Source: Octopus vulgaris (lineage: Eukaryota). From it: a stretch of DNA of 64,000 nucleotides. Location: positions 20,832,001 through 20,896,000 of the forward strand of contig OX597839.1 in assembly GCA_951406725.2 (NCBI GenBank), written 5' to 3'. Below the pieces are notes generated by a model that saw only the letters and a list, made by a program, of their open reading frames with translations, did not search any database and was not told the DNA's origin. Shown in pieces: positions 40,608-57,121 of this stretch. A program made the translations under genes and the position numbers. How positions within the stretch are numbered: the stretch's first letter is position 1; each line of letters starts with the position of its first letter.

Positions 40608-40800
40608 CAAAAGAAAACGAAGCAAAAAAACAAGAACGCGAGGACGTGGTACATACAAAATATCAAAAGACGCTTAGGCAAGGAAAGAAATGTTGTTTTA
40701 TGTTTCGAGCAAAAAACTCTTCTTCAGAAATAGGAGACGGAGGAAAGTCCAAAAGAAAGGGAAGACGGAGGAAAAAAATCGCCAACAATCCACATGTAGT
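40605..40800 (-). mobile_element. Paralogous cassette with hammerhead-like motif (40696-40730)
   Basis: ttt-CTGAAGA-A-GAGT..GCTC-GAAAC-ATA-aaa; shares AACGCGAGGACGTGG and GGGAAGACGGAGGAAAAAAATCGCC with the 38840 copy. Confidence 0.55.
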
Positions 40801-40824
40801 TATATTTTGGAATGTGTGTGCGTG

Positions 40825-40932
<108 letters not shown>

Positions 40933-41184
40933 AATGTGTACGTACGCCGCTTTCTTCCAAGGAATCTAATGCTCTTAGCTAAGTTTTTCCTTGGGGCTGG
41001 CCAGATTGGAGCAATCTCAAGTATAATCAGCTGAAATTGCGAAGATAATCTAGTGCTTGACTGAGGAAAGAAAACTCCGAATGACCCGTCCTTGTTTTCT
41101 TTGTATCGTCTATCTGGATGTTTAGTTTTCCCATTTTTGTATCACCTAGCTGTCCGGATGTTTTGCGTTCTTGTCCCCTTTTGG

Positions 41185-41225
<41 letters not shown>

Positions 41226-41341
41226 TTGTATTTAGGAATGGTCATTTTGCCAGTTTAGCCAATAAAAACACACGCACTATATATTTGGTGTTACTTTGCT
41301 TCAGCGTTATTTATCTTTTACATTAATCTTAATCTTATTTC

Positions 41342-41386
41342 GGCCAGAGTTCTTTCGTCACACTTCTGTGACCTCATCAATGGTCC
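41342..41386 (-). ncRNA. Minimal type I hammerhead-like motif
   Basis: cca-TTGATGA-G-GTCAC agaagt GTGAC-GAAA-gaa-CTC-tgg; helices I, II and III can all pair; position 3 is T rather than C. Confidence 0.6.
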
Positions 41387-41451
41387 TCTGCTTTCTTCTT
41401 TCTTATATATAAACGTGTATATATACATATATATATATATACACATATATA

Positions 41452-41663
41452 GAGGGTGGCCCCCTGTAGATTTACAGTTACTTAACTATATCTTTCGCAT
41501 TCATATATTAACAGTTTAGATCTTAATTATAAAAAAAATATGAAATCATTATTCTATACTAATTTAGTTAATTGTAAGATAGAAATTTAAATGTAATAAA
41601 ATGTTTTAAAAGAAATTTAAAGTTCCAACGTGATAACTCTAAAGCTACTTTTGGGCCACTCTG
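41452..41663. mobile_element. Tc1/mariner-type MITE remnant
   Basis: TA|GAGGGTGGCCC ... GGGCCACTCTG|TA imperfect TIRs with TA flanks. Confidence 0.5.
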
Positions 41664-42030
41664 TATAAAACACTATATTAAAAATATTTTTCCTGTTACT
41701 TCTGAAAACTGGTAAATTAATTAAAATTAAGATAATTAAAAAAATTTTTAGTTTACCTACATTAAATAATTATATTTCATATTATGCAACATACGCTGTG
41801 TTGCGTATAATTAATTGATTAGTTTACCATGTTGCTAATTAAAGCGGAGTTATGCAAATCAGATGGCAGTTTCTTCTGCGCCTTGGTTTGTGTTTCATAT
41901 AAATAGCTGTAAGTTGTTAATCCATCCACGCTCAGAAAATAATGATGCTCTTTCTCCAATGAGCTTCCGAAAAGTAGAGAAGCTTGTCAGAAAAAGACCA
42001 ATGTTTTTTGGGGGATTTTTTTCTGTCCAA

Positions 42031-42424
42031 AGGCGCAGGAGTGGCTGTGTGGTAAGTAGCTTGCTAACCAACCACATGGTTCCGGGTTCAGTCCCACTGC
42101 GTGGCATCTTGGGCAAGTGTCTTCTGCTATAGCCCCGGGCCGACCAATGCCTTCTGAGTGGATTTGGTAGACGGAAACTGAAAGAAGCCTGTCGTATATA
42201 TGTATATATATATGTGTGTGTGTGTGTTTTTCCCCCTAGCATTGCTTGACAACCGATGCTGGTGTGTTTACGTCCCCGTCACTTAGCGGTTCGGCAAAAA
42301 GAGACCGATAGAATAAGTACTGGGCTTACAAAGAATAAGTCTCGGGGTCGATTTGCTCGACTAAAGGCGGTGCTCCAGCATGGCCACAGTCAAATGACTG
42401 AAACAAGTAAAAGAGTAAAGAGTA
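42031..42424 (+). mobile_element. Full-length SINE family A
   Basis: Close match to the 9231 copy. Confidence 0.9.
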
Positions 42425-42499
42425 TATGTAAATGTGTTTGTATTTGTTCGTTTATATATGTAATTGTTTCAGTTATTTGACTGCAGCCGAGAGGCATTG

Positions 42500-43588
42500 G
42501 ACCTGGACCTCAAATCGTAAAGACGGACGAAATACCGCTAAGCTTTTCCCCCAGCATGTTAACGATTCTGCCAGTTCGCCGCCAAGTAATAATAATAATA
42601 ACAATAATAATAATAATAATGATCCTTTCTCAACAATTTTGAGGTGGGATTGAGTCGATTACATCGACCTCAGTTCTCAGTTGATACTTATTTTATCGAC
42701 CCCGAAAGGGTGAAAGCCAGAGTTACCCTCCGCGAAGTTGAACTCAGAACGTAAAGACAGACGAAATACCTATTTCTTTACTACCCACAAGGGGCTAAAC
42801 ACAGAGGAGACAAACAAAGGCAGACAAACGGATTAAGTCGATAATATCGACCCCAGTTGCGTAACTGGTACTTATTTAATCGACCCCGAAAGGATGAAAG
42901 GCAAAGTCGACCTCGGCGGAATTTGAACTCAGAACGGAGCGTCATTTTGCCCGGTGTGCTAACGATTCTGCCAGTTCGCTGCCTTAAAATAATAATAATA
43001 ATAATAGTTTCAAATTTTGCCACAAGGGCAGCAGTTTTAGGGGTGGAGTTAAGTCGATTGCATTGATTCCCCAGTGTCCAACTGGTACTTATTTAATCGA
43101 CCCCGAAAGGATGAAAGGCAAAGTCGACCTCGGCGGAATTTAAACTCAGAACGTAATGGCAGAGGAAATACTTATTTCTTTACTACCCACAAGAGGCTAA
43201 ACACAGAGAGGACAAACAAGGACAGACAAACGGATTAAGTCGATTATATTGACCCCAGTGCGTAACTGGTACTTATTTAATCGATCCCGAAAGGATGAAA
43301 GGCAAAGTCAACCTCGGCAGAATTTGAACTCAGAACGTAAAGACATACGAAATACCTATTTCTTTACTACCCACAAGGGGCTAAACACAGAGAGGGACAA
43401 ACAAGGACAGATAAACGGATTAAGTCGATTACATCGACCCCAGTGCGTAACTCGTACTTAATTTATCGACCTCGAAACGATGAAAGGCAAAGTCGACCTC
43501 GGCGGAATTTGAACTCAGAACGTAACGGCAGACGAAATACGGCTACGCATTTCGCCTGGCGTGCTAACGATTCCGCCAGCTCGCTACC

Positions 43589-43590
<2 letters not shown>
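42500..43590 (-). mobile_element. Cluster of SINE family B units (about 5-6)
   Basis: Repeated GAAAGGATGAAAGGCAAAGTCGACCTCGGCGGAATTTGAACTCAGAACG. Confidence 0.9.
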
Positions 43591-43622
<32 letters not shown>

Positions 43623-43979
43623 GTCACAATCATCATCATCATTATCACCACCACCACCACATTGGGAAAATATAATAGGTTCTGCTGTTGTACCAGTCGA
43701 TACAGAATTACCATTTGCTTCCATAAATCTATAATGTCTTCTCTTCTCATAACGTGTTGTGTTTACCTTTGGTAAATAGTCCGCCATGTCACATAAAATG
43801 CTTCTATCAGTGATGTGTAATGGCGTTTGAGTGTTTTCTGGGGCCATTCGGATGTGTGTCGTAGTGCGTGAGTGCGTGCGTATGATCAACGTGTGTGTGT
43901 ATATAGGAAATTGTATGTATATATATGTAGAGAGAGATATAGATAGATAGATGGATAGATAGATAAATAGACACACTTT

Positions 43980-46000
<2,021 letters not shown>

Positions 46001-46435
46001 CTTTGTTTATGTGTTTGAGGGCGGGAGAGGTTGCACACGTGAATATGGCTTCATTTATGTTGTAAAGAGTCCGCGCCTCTTTGAGTCTTGAGTGGTCAGT
46101 GTAGTGTTGAAGAACACTTATGATGGACACCCTTTTACGTGTCCACTTCAGTCGCACAGACAGGCTGGTCGGATGTTGGGTGAATGGGTGGAAGGATACG
46201 TTGACAAAAGGGGGGGGGGGGAGGACAAATAGAAGGGCTAGCTTGCTAACTAGCTTGTTATACAACTAAATGTCCTATGAAGTGACAAGGAGAGACGATC
46301 GTACAGGCGGACAGGTGTGGTGACGGACAGACGAAGAGACAGATTGGAAGATGACAATTAGAGATAGATAGACAGACAGACAGACAGATAGACAGACAAA
46401 TAGATGGATGGATAGATAGATAGACAGACAGATAG

Positions 46436-46466
<31 letters not shown>

Positions 46467-46525
46467 CACATGGATGGATGGATAGATAGACAGGTTGGGT
46501 AGATAGATGGATAGGTGGAGGAATG

Positions 46526-46568
<43 letters not shown>

Positions 46569-47026
46569 GGATGGATGGATGGATGGGTGGGTTGGTAGGT
46601 AGGTAGGTAGATGGATAGATTTGTCTACATGATCCGACGCCTACATCCGGCCTAAAATATTCTACCAGTTTAATGTTGAAACTGACTCGATCCTGCCTCT
46701 CACACCTACCCTACAATACCACTCTGAAAATATACAATTACGTCATCGAAGTCTCGAAGCTGCGAGATGGTGCATGGTCAATTCAAAACAACATAAATAA
46801 ATCTGCATTGCACATAACAGAGTACTCTGAATGCCACAGGACGTTCGGGTGTACCGTCCATGCACCCTTAATGCACAAACAGCTCCAAGAAAATACGTCC
46901 TATAATCTACACCGTGTTTTCCAGGTTGATCACACCTGAAAATACCTGAGTTGCTCGTTTAAAATCGATTCTTGTACAACACAGGACCTTTAAGGTATCG
47001 GCACTGCGATGGGCGAAAGTCAATGT

Positions 47027-47795
47027 TCTCTCTTTTATTTGTTTCAGTCATTTGACTGCGGCCATGCTGGAGCACCACCTTTTAGTCGAGCACATCGACC
47101 CCCAGGAGTTATTCTTTGTAAGCCTAGTACTTATTCTATCGGTCTCTCTTGCCGAACCGCTAAGTTACGGAGACGTAAACACGCCAGCATCAGTTGTCAA
47201 GCGATGTTGGGGGAACAAACACAGACACACAAACATATATATACACACACACACAAACACACACATACATACATATACGACAGGCTTCTTTCAGTTTCCG
47301 TCTACCAAAATCCACTCACAAGGCTTTGGTCGGCCCGAGGCTATAGTAGAAGACACTTGCCCAAGGTGCCACGTAGTGGGACTGAACCCGGAACCATGTG
47401 GTTGGTAAGCAAGCTACTTACCACACAGCCACTCCTGCGCCTATAATATTTTTCAGGGTTCTTTTTTTAAATCTCGAAGCAGATAAAGCTATAAATTACG
47501 GCGAGTAAATATCAGATTTAAAAATACACACACACACATACATATACGACAGGCTTCTTTCAGTTTCCGTCTACCAAATCCACTCACAATGCTTTGGTCG
47601 GCCCGAGGCTATAGTAGAAGACACTTGCCCAAGGTGCCATGCAGTGAGACTGAACCCGGAACCATGTGGTTGGTAAGCAAGCTACTTACCACACAGCCAC
47701 TCCTGCGCCTATAATATTTTCCAGAGTTTTTTTTTTCTAATCTCGAAGCAGATAAAGCTATAAATAATAACGGCGAGTAAATATCAGATTTAAAA
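47027..47795 (-). mobile_element. SINE family A with a tandem duplication of its head plus flank (about 267 bp)
   Basis: Block ending GGCGAGTAAATATCAGATTTAAAAA occurs at about 47270-47524 and 47535-47795. Confidence 0.85.
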
Positions 47796-49408
47796 AAAGG
47801 TAAAAAATAAAAATAAAAAGGAATTTCGTTAGAAAAAGTTGAAGATTTGAGAAACATTTAACTGTTATTTCTAGCTTGTCGCTCGGCCGCACTGAAGTTC
47901 GTCCATTGTTTTCATATCAGGACACACAGTAGGTGTTCTTGTATCGGCTAGTAATCGATTTTTTTAATTTTCCCATTTTGTTATCGTTGATAAAATTGCG
48001 TTGTCCAGACAACACATCATACAAACCATACCGTAATACTGCGTGTATATATGCGCGCGCGTGTGTATTTATGTATGCGTGTATACGTGTGTATGTAGTT
48101 TGTAAATCTAACAGTACGTTTATGTATATGGGTGTTTGTATGTATTTAATAGATATAGAGATATGTATACACACACACACATGTGTATATATATAAATGA
48201 ATATGTATGTATACATGTATACGTGTCTGTATATAGATGTATGCGTATATGTAATTGCACTGACGTCTGTATGCGTAGAAGCACGTGCATGTACCGTTAT
48301 ATGCATTTAGAGATATCATTTTTTTTCTGTACATTTGCATATATAACGCAAATGGCGGTGCCCCAGCATGGCCACAGCTCGTGAGCTGAAACTAGAATCA
48401 ATATATATATATATATATATATAACGTGTGTGTGCACATATATATATATATATATGCATACACATATACATACATACATATATATATGTACATATATGTA
48501 TATACATGTACATATATATAATTATATGTATGTGTCTCCGATATGTGTATATACACACACACATATATATATATATATGTGTGTGTGTGTATATATATGT
48601 ATATATGTATGTATATGCATATATATGTATGTATATGCATATATTTGTATGTATATGTATATGTATGTATATTCCTATATATGTATATGCACATATATAT
48701 ATAGAGAGAGAGAATATATATTTTTATGCATATAATATATATATTTCCATGTTTGTGTATATATTTACAGTATGTATAAATATATATGTGTATATATATA
48801 TGTGTGTATAAATGTGTGTATATATATACATATATGTGCGTATATGTAGACAGATAGGATATATATGTATATACGTATATTTGTGCGTATGTGTAGATAG
48901 ATAGACGTATATACAGTTATATGTATACACACACGCACACACCACTGATATAAGAGACGGGTGAGAACAGAACATTGGAATATTCAGTAAATATAGTTAG
49001 TTTAGTCGAGGACTTCGGTTTTACTGTCAACGCAATAAATGGAGTACCCCCTCACCTTTAGGCATATAAGTACATATATGTGTGCATATATACTTACATA
49101 TATGTGTGTGTGTTTTATATATATATATATACTCTTTTACTCTTTTACTTGTTTCAGTCATTTGACTGTGGCCATGCTGGAGCACCACCTTTAGTCGAGC
49201 AAATCGACCCTGGGACTTATTCTTTGTAAGCCCAGTACTTATTCTATCGGTCTCTTTTGCCGAACCGCTAAGTGATGGGGACATTCATTTATTCATTTAC
49301 TGGTTCCAGTCATTTGACTGCGGCCATGCTGGAGCACCACCTTTAGTCGAACAAATCGATCCCCGGATTTATTCTTTGTAAGCCTCTGGGATTGTCCAAG
49401 TGGCGTAA

Positions 49409-49456
49409 ACATATCTGACGAGACCCCAATAAGTGTCGAAAATCGATTTAGGATGT
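49409..49456 (+). ncRNA. Minimal type I hammerhead-like motif (decayed paralog at 24445-24490)
   Basis: acatat-CTGACGA-GAC cccaataagt GTC-GAAA-atcgat-TTA-ggatgt; canonical core and palindromic helix III. Confidence 0.65.
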
Positions 49457-49720
49457 CCATCGGTTTTTTTTTTGTTATTGTTGTTTTTTTTTATTCAGTC
49501 AAGAAAGAAAGGGGTAAATTTCAGATGTTTGTATATTTACTACGGAGGTTTAGTTTACATATGAATTTATTACTGATTTATGGTCATGTATTTAGTAAGA
49601 AAGACACACACACACACACACACACGTATATGTATATATAATAATAAATATTAGGTAATAAACCCAAACTTACAAGGAAAAATCAGATTTAGGATTGAAT
49701 CCAATTTTATAGTAAAATAT

Positions 49721-49932
49721 TATATTATATTAAATTAGAGACAAAACCACTATTAGGCAAATCAAACAATGAAAGACTTAAGCCAATACATAAATTAATT
49801 TATATTATTTAGAAATGTAACAATTATTAAAAAAATATATTTAAATAATATAAATTAATTTATGTATTGGCTTAAGTCTTTCATTGTTTGATTTGCCTAA
49901 TAGTGGTTTTATCTCTAATTTAATATAATATA
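49721..49932. repeat. Long inverted repeat, 91-bp arms with 30-nt spacer
   Basis: 49721-49811 is the reverse complement of 49842-49932 with one mismatch seen. Confidence 0.92.
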
Positions 49933-50071
49933 TATATATAAATCTGCTGAATTACTGTTTCGACGGCATGAAACCATTTGTAGCTCATATTTGAACTCTG
50001 TGTATATTCAATAATATTTATCTCTCACTGGATCCTACTAATAACGGAATAGTAAGCAACATACATATATG

Positions 50072-50124
<53 letters not shown>

Positions 50125-50282
50125 TGGCCAGGTCGGAGCAATCTCAAGATTAATCAGCCGAAATTGCGAAGATGATCCGGTTCTTGACTGAAGATCGAAG
50201 GCTTCGAATGTCCCGTCCGTTTTTTTGTATCGTCTTCTAAATGTTTTGCGTTCTGGTCCCAGTTTGTGTTTTTTTACATTTA

Positions 50283-50330
<48 letters not shown>

Positions 50331-50333
<3 letters not shown>

Positions 50334-50369
50334 TTGAAAACTCCACCAGAATGGACGAAAGCGCTAATA
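50331..50369 (+). ncRNA. Hammerhead-like motif, U3-A8 variant
   Basis: at-TTGAAAA-c-TCCA ccagaa TGGA-c-GAAA-gcg-CTA-at. Confidence 0.55.
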
Positions 50370-50527
50370 TATAAGATATATGATCTAAGTTATATGATGT
50401 ATAAAAACCTGTAATATACAAATAAATATCTGTAAATATAAAACAATCCGAAGTTCTGAGTACCTCATTTCTTCTAATATAAAATACCTGTACATCATCT
50501 CCAAACTTTCTAATATATGTATGTATG

Positions 50528-50577
<50 letters not shown>

Positions 50578-50627
50578 TATATATGTATGTATGTATGTAT
50601 GTATATATATATATATATACACGTCTT

Positions 50628-50717
<90 letters not shown>

Positions 50718-51318
50718 CATACATATACACTTTTAAACGGATTAAAACTACACCTGTAGTATCCGCAGGCATACTTGTGTGTTTGTGTGTGTTCGTGTGT
50801 GTGTGTGTGTGTTTGTATATACATTCGTCTGAGGAAATTCTTGTTTATTTTGGTCTGTCAAATCCCCATCTAGTTCTCCTTTAAATGCTAACCTTTAAAC
50901 GTGAATGTCAAGCTTCCTATCCCGGAGGTAGTTGAGAGACATAGATATATATATATATATATATATACACCTGTCATCTTTTTAACGTCACTGCCAGGTA
51001 AATTTGATGAAAAGCACCGATTTGTTATATGGAAACTTTCTGATTAAGGAAGACTTCGTTTCTGTTGTTGCTGAACTTTCTGTTGCTTTTTTTCCATCTT
51101 TCTCTATAGAATAAATAGTCTCAGGGTTATAGAAATATTCTCTGTAGGGCGTGCGTACATACATACACGTCTGTGTGTGTGTGTGAGTATCCATGTATAT
51201 GCATGCATGTCTTTGCATCTATGTGTGCATATATGTATGTATGTATGCATATACAGCCTGGTCCGGTGATGGCTTAACTGGCCGAGACTTCGAAGTTACT
51301 GGCAGCAACGTTCTTTAA

Positions 51319-51361
<43 letters not shown>

Positions 51362-51433
51362 TACATAAGCGCATATACATACACGTGTGTGTTTGTGTGT
51401 ATATATATATTCATACATAAATGTGTTTGTATA

Positions 51434-51470
<37 letters not shown>

Positions 51471-51630
51471 TACATAAGTGTATATATATATGTATTCATA
51501 AATAAGTGTATGTGTGTGTATATGTATATAGTTTATATATATATAATTTATATATTCATATATATATACGTGTATGTATTTATACATAAATATATTATAT
51601 AGACAGATAGATGTATGTATAGTGTGTGTG

Positions 51631-51693
<63 letters not shown>

Positions 51694-51852
51694 TTTTATA
51701 ACATATATATATATATATATACAAACTTACTGTTAACAAATGTCGGAATGCGTGGCGTTCAGTTATTCCATAAATGAAAAATGCATTAAATACTACAAAA
51801 CGTACACGTGGGACAGACACTAGCTATAACCCTAATATATATATATGTATGA

Positions 51853-51884
<32 letters not shown>

Positions 51885-52285
51885 CATCATGCAGAGAAAA
51901 TCATTAATCGGCATCTGCTGCGTTGACCTAGGATGCCAGCACCTGTCAAAGGCCCCAGTTATGGGTCAAACAGCTGAAGGTGGTCCGACGATTGAAACAC
52001 ACCGGACTTCAAAGAGATCGCGTCCTAAGATATATGTCACAGAAACCGTCTACTGTATGGACGTGCCCCGGGGTCGCGTGAGTCCTACTTAACGATTAAA
52101 TAGTCCCTGTGAATCAGGGGTGTAAATTCGGGAAACTAGTAAAATATACTGTAGAAATAACCTGTGGAGGACAATGGTAAAAACCAGTGAAGTGTCTTGT
52201 CTAAGAAATATCCTAAATGTTTAGAATTTGGCATGGAGGTGCTTGCTGGCCCAAAAGCCGAAAGCGGTAGGTATAGCACAGTACT

Positions 52286-52505
52286 GTATGTATGTATGTA
52301 TGTATGTATGTATGTATGTATGTATGTATGTATGTATGTATGTATGTATGTATGTATGTATGTATGTATGTATGTATGTATGTATGTATGTATGTATGTA
52401 TGTATGTATGTATGTATGTATGTATGTATGTATGTATGTATGTATGTATGTATGTATGTATGTATGTATGTATGTATGTATGTATGTATGTATGTATGTA
52501 TGTAT
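52286..52505. repeat. Pure (TATG)n microsatellite
   Basis: Direct reading. Confidence 0.97.
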
Positions 52506-52562
52506 AGTAGATATACGTACATACATACATGCATACACACACACGCATATATATATCCTTTT

Positions 52563-53140
52563 GAAGGCGGTGAGCTGGCAGAGTCGTTAGCATGCTGGAT
52601 GAAATGCTGTATTTCGCCCATCGCTACGTTCTGAGTTCAAATTCCGCCGCGGTCGACTTTGCCTTTCATCCTTTCGGGGTCCGATAAATTAAGTACCAGT
52701 TGTGTCCTGGGGTCGATGTAATCGGCTAGTTCCCTCCCCACAAAATTTCAGGCTTTGTGCCTATAATAGAAAGGAATCGTTAGCACGCCGGGCGAAATGC
52801 TTAGTGGTATTTCGTCTGCCGTTACGTTCTGAGTTCAAATTCTGCCGAGGTCGACTTTGCCTTTCATCCTTTCGGGGTCGATTAAATAAGTACCAGTTAA
52901 GCACTGGGATCGATATTATCGACTTAATCCGTTTGTCTGTCCTTGTTTGTTCCCTCTGTGTTTAGCCCCTTGTGGGCAGTAAAGAAATAGGTATTTCGTC
53001 TGCCGCTACGTTCTGAGTTCAAATTCCGCCGAGGTCGACTTTGCCTTTCATCCTTTCGGGATCGATAAAATAAGTACCAGTTGCGACTGGCCCCATACCC
53101 CAAAATTTCAGTCCTTCTACCTGTAGTAGAAAGGATTATT
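52563..53140 (+). mobile_element. SINE family B composite array
   Basis: Three GAGTTCAAATTC bodies. Confidence 0.88.
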
Positions 53141-53170
53141 ACTCCTCCTATATATAAAATAAATTACTGC

Positions 53171-53221
<51 letters not shown>

Positions 53222-53552
53222 CATACATAATAGTTATATATTATGCATACACACAAACACAGAAACATGTCGTTGTTGCTCTTATTAGCACAAGAGCAGA
53301 AATTCGGGGAAAGAATTAGTCAATTAAATCGACTCAAATGCTCAATACGACATCATTTTATCGATCGCGGTCGGATGAAAGCCAGGTTGACCGCGATGAG
53401 ATCAGGTCTTAAAGGGCCGATATTAAACACCGCAAGCGTTTTTGTTGAGCAATATTTCGTCAGTCTACTTCAGTATGTATTATATACAGTATATTATATT
53501 ATATGGAATATATATATATGATATACTATACATACACACATATATACACATA

Positions 53553-53777
53553 TTCTTTTATTCTTTTACTTGTTTCAGTCATTTGACTGCGGCCGTGCTG
53601 GAGCACTACCTTTAGTCGAATAAATCGATCCCAGGACTTATTATTTGTAAGCCTAGTACTTATTCTATCGGCCGCCTTCCGCCTAATCGCTAAGTGACGG
53701 GGACGTAAACATACCAACATTGGTTGTCAAGCCAATGTGAGGACACACACACATAGATATATACATACATACATACA

Positions 53778-53827
<50 letters not shown>

Positions 53828-53941
53828 AAATCCACTCACAGGCTATAGTAGAAGACACTTGTCCAACGTGCCACGCAGTGGGACTGAACCCGGAACCATG
53901 TGGTTGGTTAGCAAGCTACTTACCACACAGCCACTCCTGCG

Positions 53942-54011
<70 letters not shown>

Positions 54012-54167
54012 TATCTGATAAAATATATATATACATACATACGACGAGCTTCTTTCAGTTTCTGTCTACCAAATCCACTCCCAAGGCTTTGGTCGACCCG
54101 TGGCTATAGTAGAAAACACTTGCCCAAGGTGCCACGCAATGGGACTGAACCCAGAACCATGTGGTTC
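53553..54167 (-). mobile_element. SINE family A copy plus a partial second head
   Basis: Reverse-complement tail at 53553, head ending 53944, second head 54040-54167. Confidence 0.82.
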
Positions 54168-54259
54168 ATATATATATATATATATATGATATAATAATGT
54201 ATACATTTTATATGTATGATATATATATATATATAATGTATATTTCGTTTTTGTATTTC

Positions 54260-54300
54260 AACCACTGAAGAGGTTGCAAGAAGCAACGAAAATTTTAGAA
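54260..54300 (+). ncRNA. Hammerhead-like motif
   Basis: CTGAAGA-G-GTTGC aagaa GCAAC-GAAA-att-TTA; helix I weak. Confidence 0.5.
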
Positions 54301-54445
54301 AAAAATAAATTAGTAAATGAGTGGAAATCGAACCGGTGTGTGTGTTAATTAAAAAGGCATTAAAACAGAATGACCCTCCCCAAACTCAATAATGTATATT
54401 TTATACGTATAATATATATAGTAATATATACTTATACTGGATGTG

Positions 54446-54486
<41 letters not shown>

Positions 54487-54538
54487 GTCACGATGTGTTA
54501 CCGCTACTGTATATAACTCACTTTGATATTTATCATTG

Positions 54539-54588
<50 letters not shown>

Positions 54589-54640
54589 GTCACGATGTGT
54601 TACCGCTACTCTATATAACTCACTTTGATATTTATCATTG

Positions 54641-54685
<45 letters not shown>

Positions 54686-54686
<1 letters not shown>

Positions 54687-54775
54687 CCAATTAAGGACTG
54701 AACACGAAAAGTGGACAGTCAACATGCTAGATATAGACGTCAAATCGCCATTCTCGTGTTCAGTCCTTAATTGGT
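54686..54775. repeat. Hairpin with 22-bp perfect arms
   Basis: ACCAATTAAGGACTGAACACGA / TCGTGTTCAGTCCTTAATTGGT. Confidence 0.9.
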
Positions 54776-54861
54776 ATATATAAATATTTTAATCTTCGGA
54801 TTCTTTTTTTTAATATGCTAGACCACTGGTCTTAATTGATAAATATCAATTTCTACCCTTA

Positions 54862-54935
<74 letters not shown>

Positions 54936-55246
54936 TACATATACATACGTAGATGTTATATATTGTGTGTGTTAGTTTATTTTTGTTAATTTAAAAATAA
55001 GGTGAACCGAGACGGTGCGAGGAGAGACGTGGCCAGCAGACAAACGTCGTTTACTTCAAGGAAAATGAAAGGATGTAAAATGTACTAGAATAGTTTCTGC
55101 CTGGAATTGAAACCGTGTTGAATATTCCATTCACTGAAAAGTCATGCGCAAAGTGAATACGCTCGAGAAATTGTCGGACATGTTACAATTACTTTAAAAT
55201 TAAAATATAACGCATCAAATAACGATGAATGCATACGTACCTGTAT

Positions 55247-55466
55247 ATACTCTTTTACTCTTTCACTTGTTTCAGTCATTTGACTGCGGCCATGCTGGAG
55301 CACCGCCTTTAGTCGAAGAAATCGACCCCGGGACTTATTCTTTGTAAGCCCAGTACTTATTTTATCGGTCTCTTTTGCCGGGGACGTAAACACACCAGCA
55401 TCGGTTGTCAAGCAATGCTAGGTGGACAAACACAGACACACAAACATACACACACACACACTTATA

Positions 55467-55524
<58 letters not shown>

Positions 55525-55690
55525 TGCGACAGGCTTCTTTCAGTTTCCGTCTACCAAATCCACTCACAAGGCATTGGTCGGCCCGGGGCTATAGCAGAAG
55601 ACACTTGCCCAAGATGCCACGCAGTGGGACTGAACCCAGAACCATGTGGTTGGTTAGCAAGCTACTTACCACACAGCCACTCCTGCGCCT
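55247..55690 (-). mobile_element. Full-length SINE family A
   Basis: Reverse complement of the 9231-type element. Confidence 0.9.
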
Positions 55691-56169
55691 ATGATGAACA
55701 AAATTACAAATAATAATATTTCATTCTTCTAGAGGCACAATGTCTCATATTTGAGGGGAGGGGGATTAGTCGATTACATCGACCTCAGTGCTTCGCTTGG
55801 TTCTTAATTTATCGACCCCAAAAGGATGAAAGGCAAAAATCGACCTCGGTGGAATTTGAACTCGGAGCAGACGAAACACCTATTATCGGCCAGCGCGGTC
55901 AAACGCAATGACTGTATATATACAGAACCATGTGGTTATATATAATATATATAACATATATAGTATTCAACTTGTATGAAATATATATATATATATATAT
56001 AATGTATATTTCGTTTTGTATTTCATGAAGAGGAATAAGCAACGAAAATTTTATAAATTAGTAAATGAGTACGGTATCGTTCCTAAGTGAGAAATTAAAA
56101 ACAGAAACTCTCCCCAAACTCAATAATGTATATTTATATATATACATATATATATTCATATATACTTAT

Positions 56170-56174
56170 AATGT

Positions 56175-56212
<38 letters not shown>

Positions 56213-56517
56213 TATGTATACATATACATATGTATATATATATATACACATGTATATATGTATATGTATACATACATATACATATGTATATATATGTATA
56301 CATATATATGTATATATATGTATACATATATGTATATATATGTATATATATATGTATGTATATATATGTATACATATGCATATATACATATACATGTTTC
56401 CATATATGTATACATGCGTAAATACATACGTATATATGAATGTTTGTGTATATATGTATATATATATTGTAATAGTACATTCATAATGTACCTTTAAATA
56501 CGTATCATATACTTATG

Positions 56518-56599
<82 letters not shown>

Positions 56600-57088
56600 T
56601 AAATAAAACATATGCATATATATATATATACATATATGTACGTACCTACTTCTACATGTATATATACACGCATATATGAGTACAGGACACCAAAAAACGT
56701 CGAACACAATGAGAAACGAAAACATAGACACAAACCCAAGGAACTGGACATTTTTCTTAAACAACGTTTATACACTCACATGCGCATGTATGTTGACAAT
56801 AACAGTTGAAATAAAAATACATTAAGTTTTAAACTGCAGAAATAAAGAAACATGAGTTTTCGTATGTAAGTAAGTATGCATGTATATATGTATGTATGTA
56901 TGTATGTGTGTATGCATGCATGTATGTGTGTGTGTGTGTATATATATAATTGAAAACCCCACTGGAATGGGAGAAAGCGCTAATAATCCGAATGATATGA
57001 TCTGAATGATATGATATATATATGTAAAAAATGTAATATATAAATAAATATCTATAAATATGAACCATCCGATCTGATTACCTCATTT

Positions 57089-57121
<33 letters not shown>

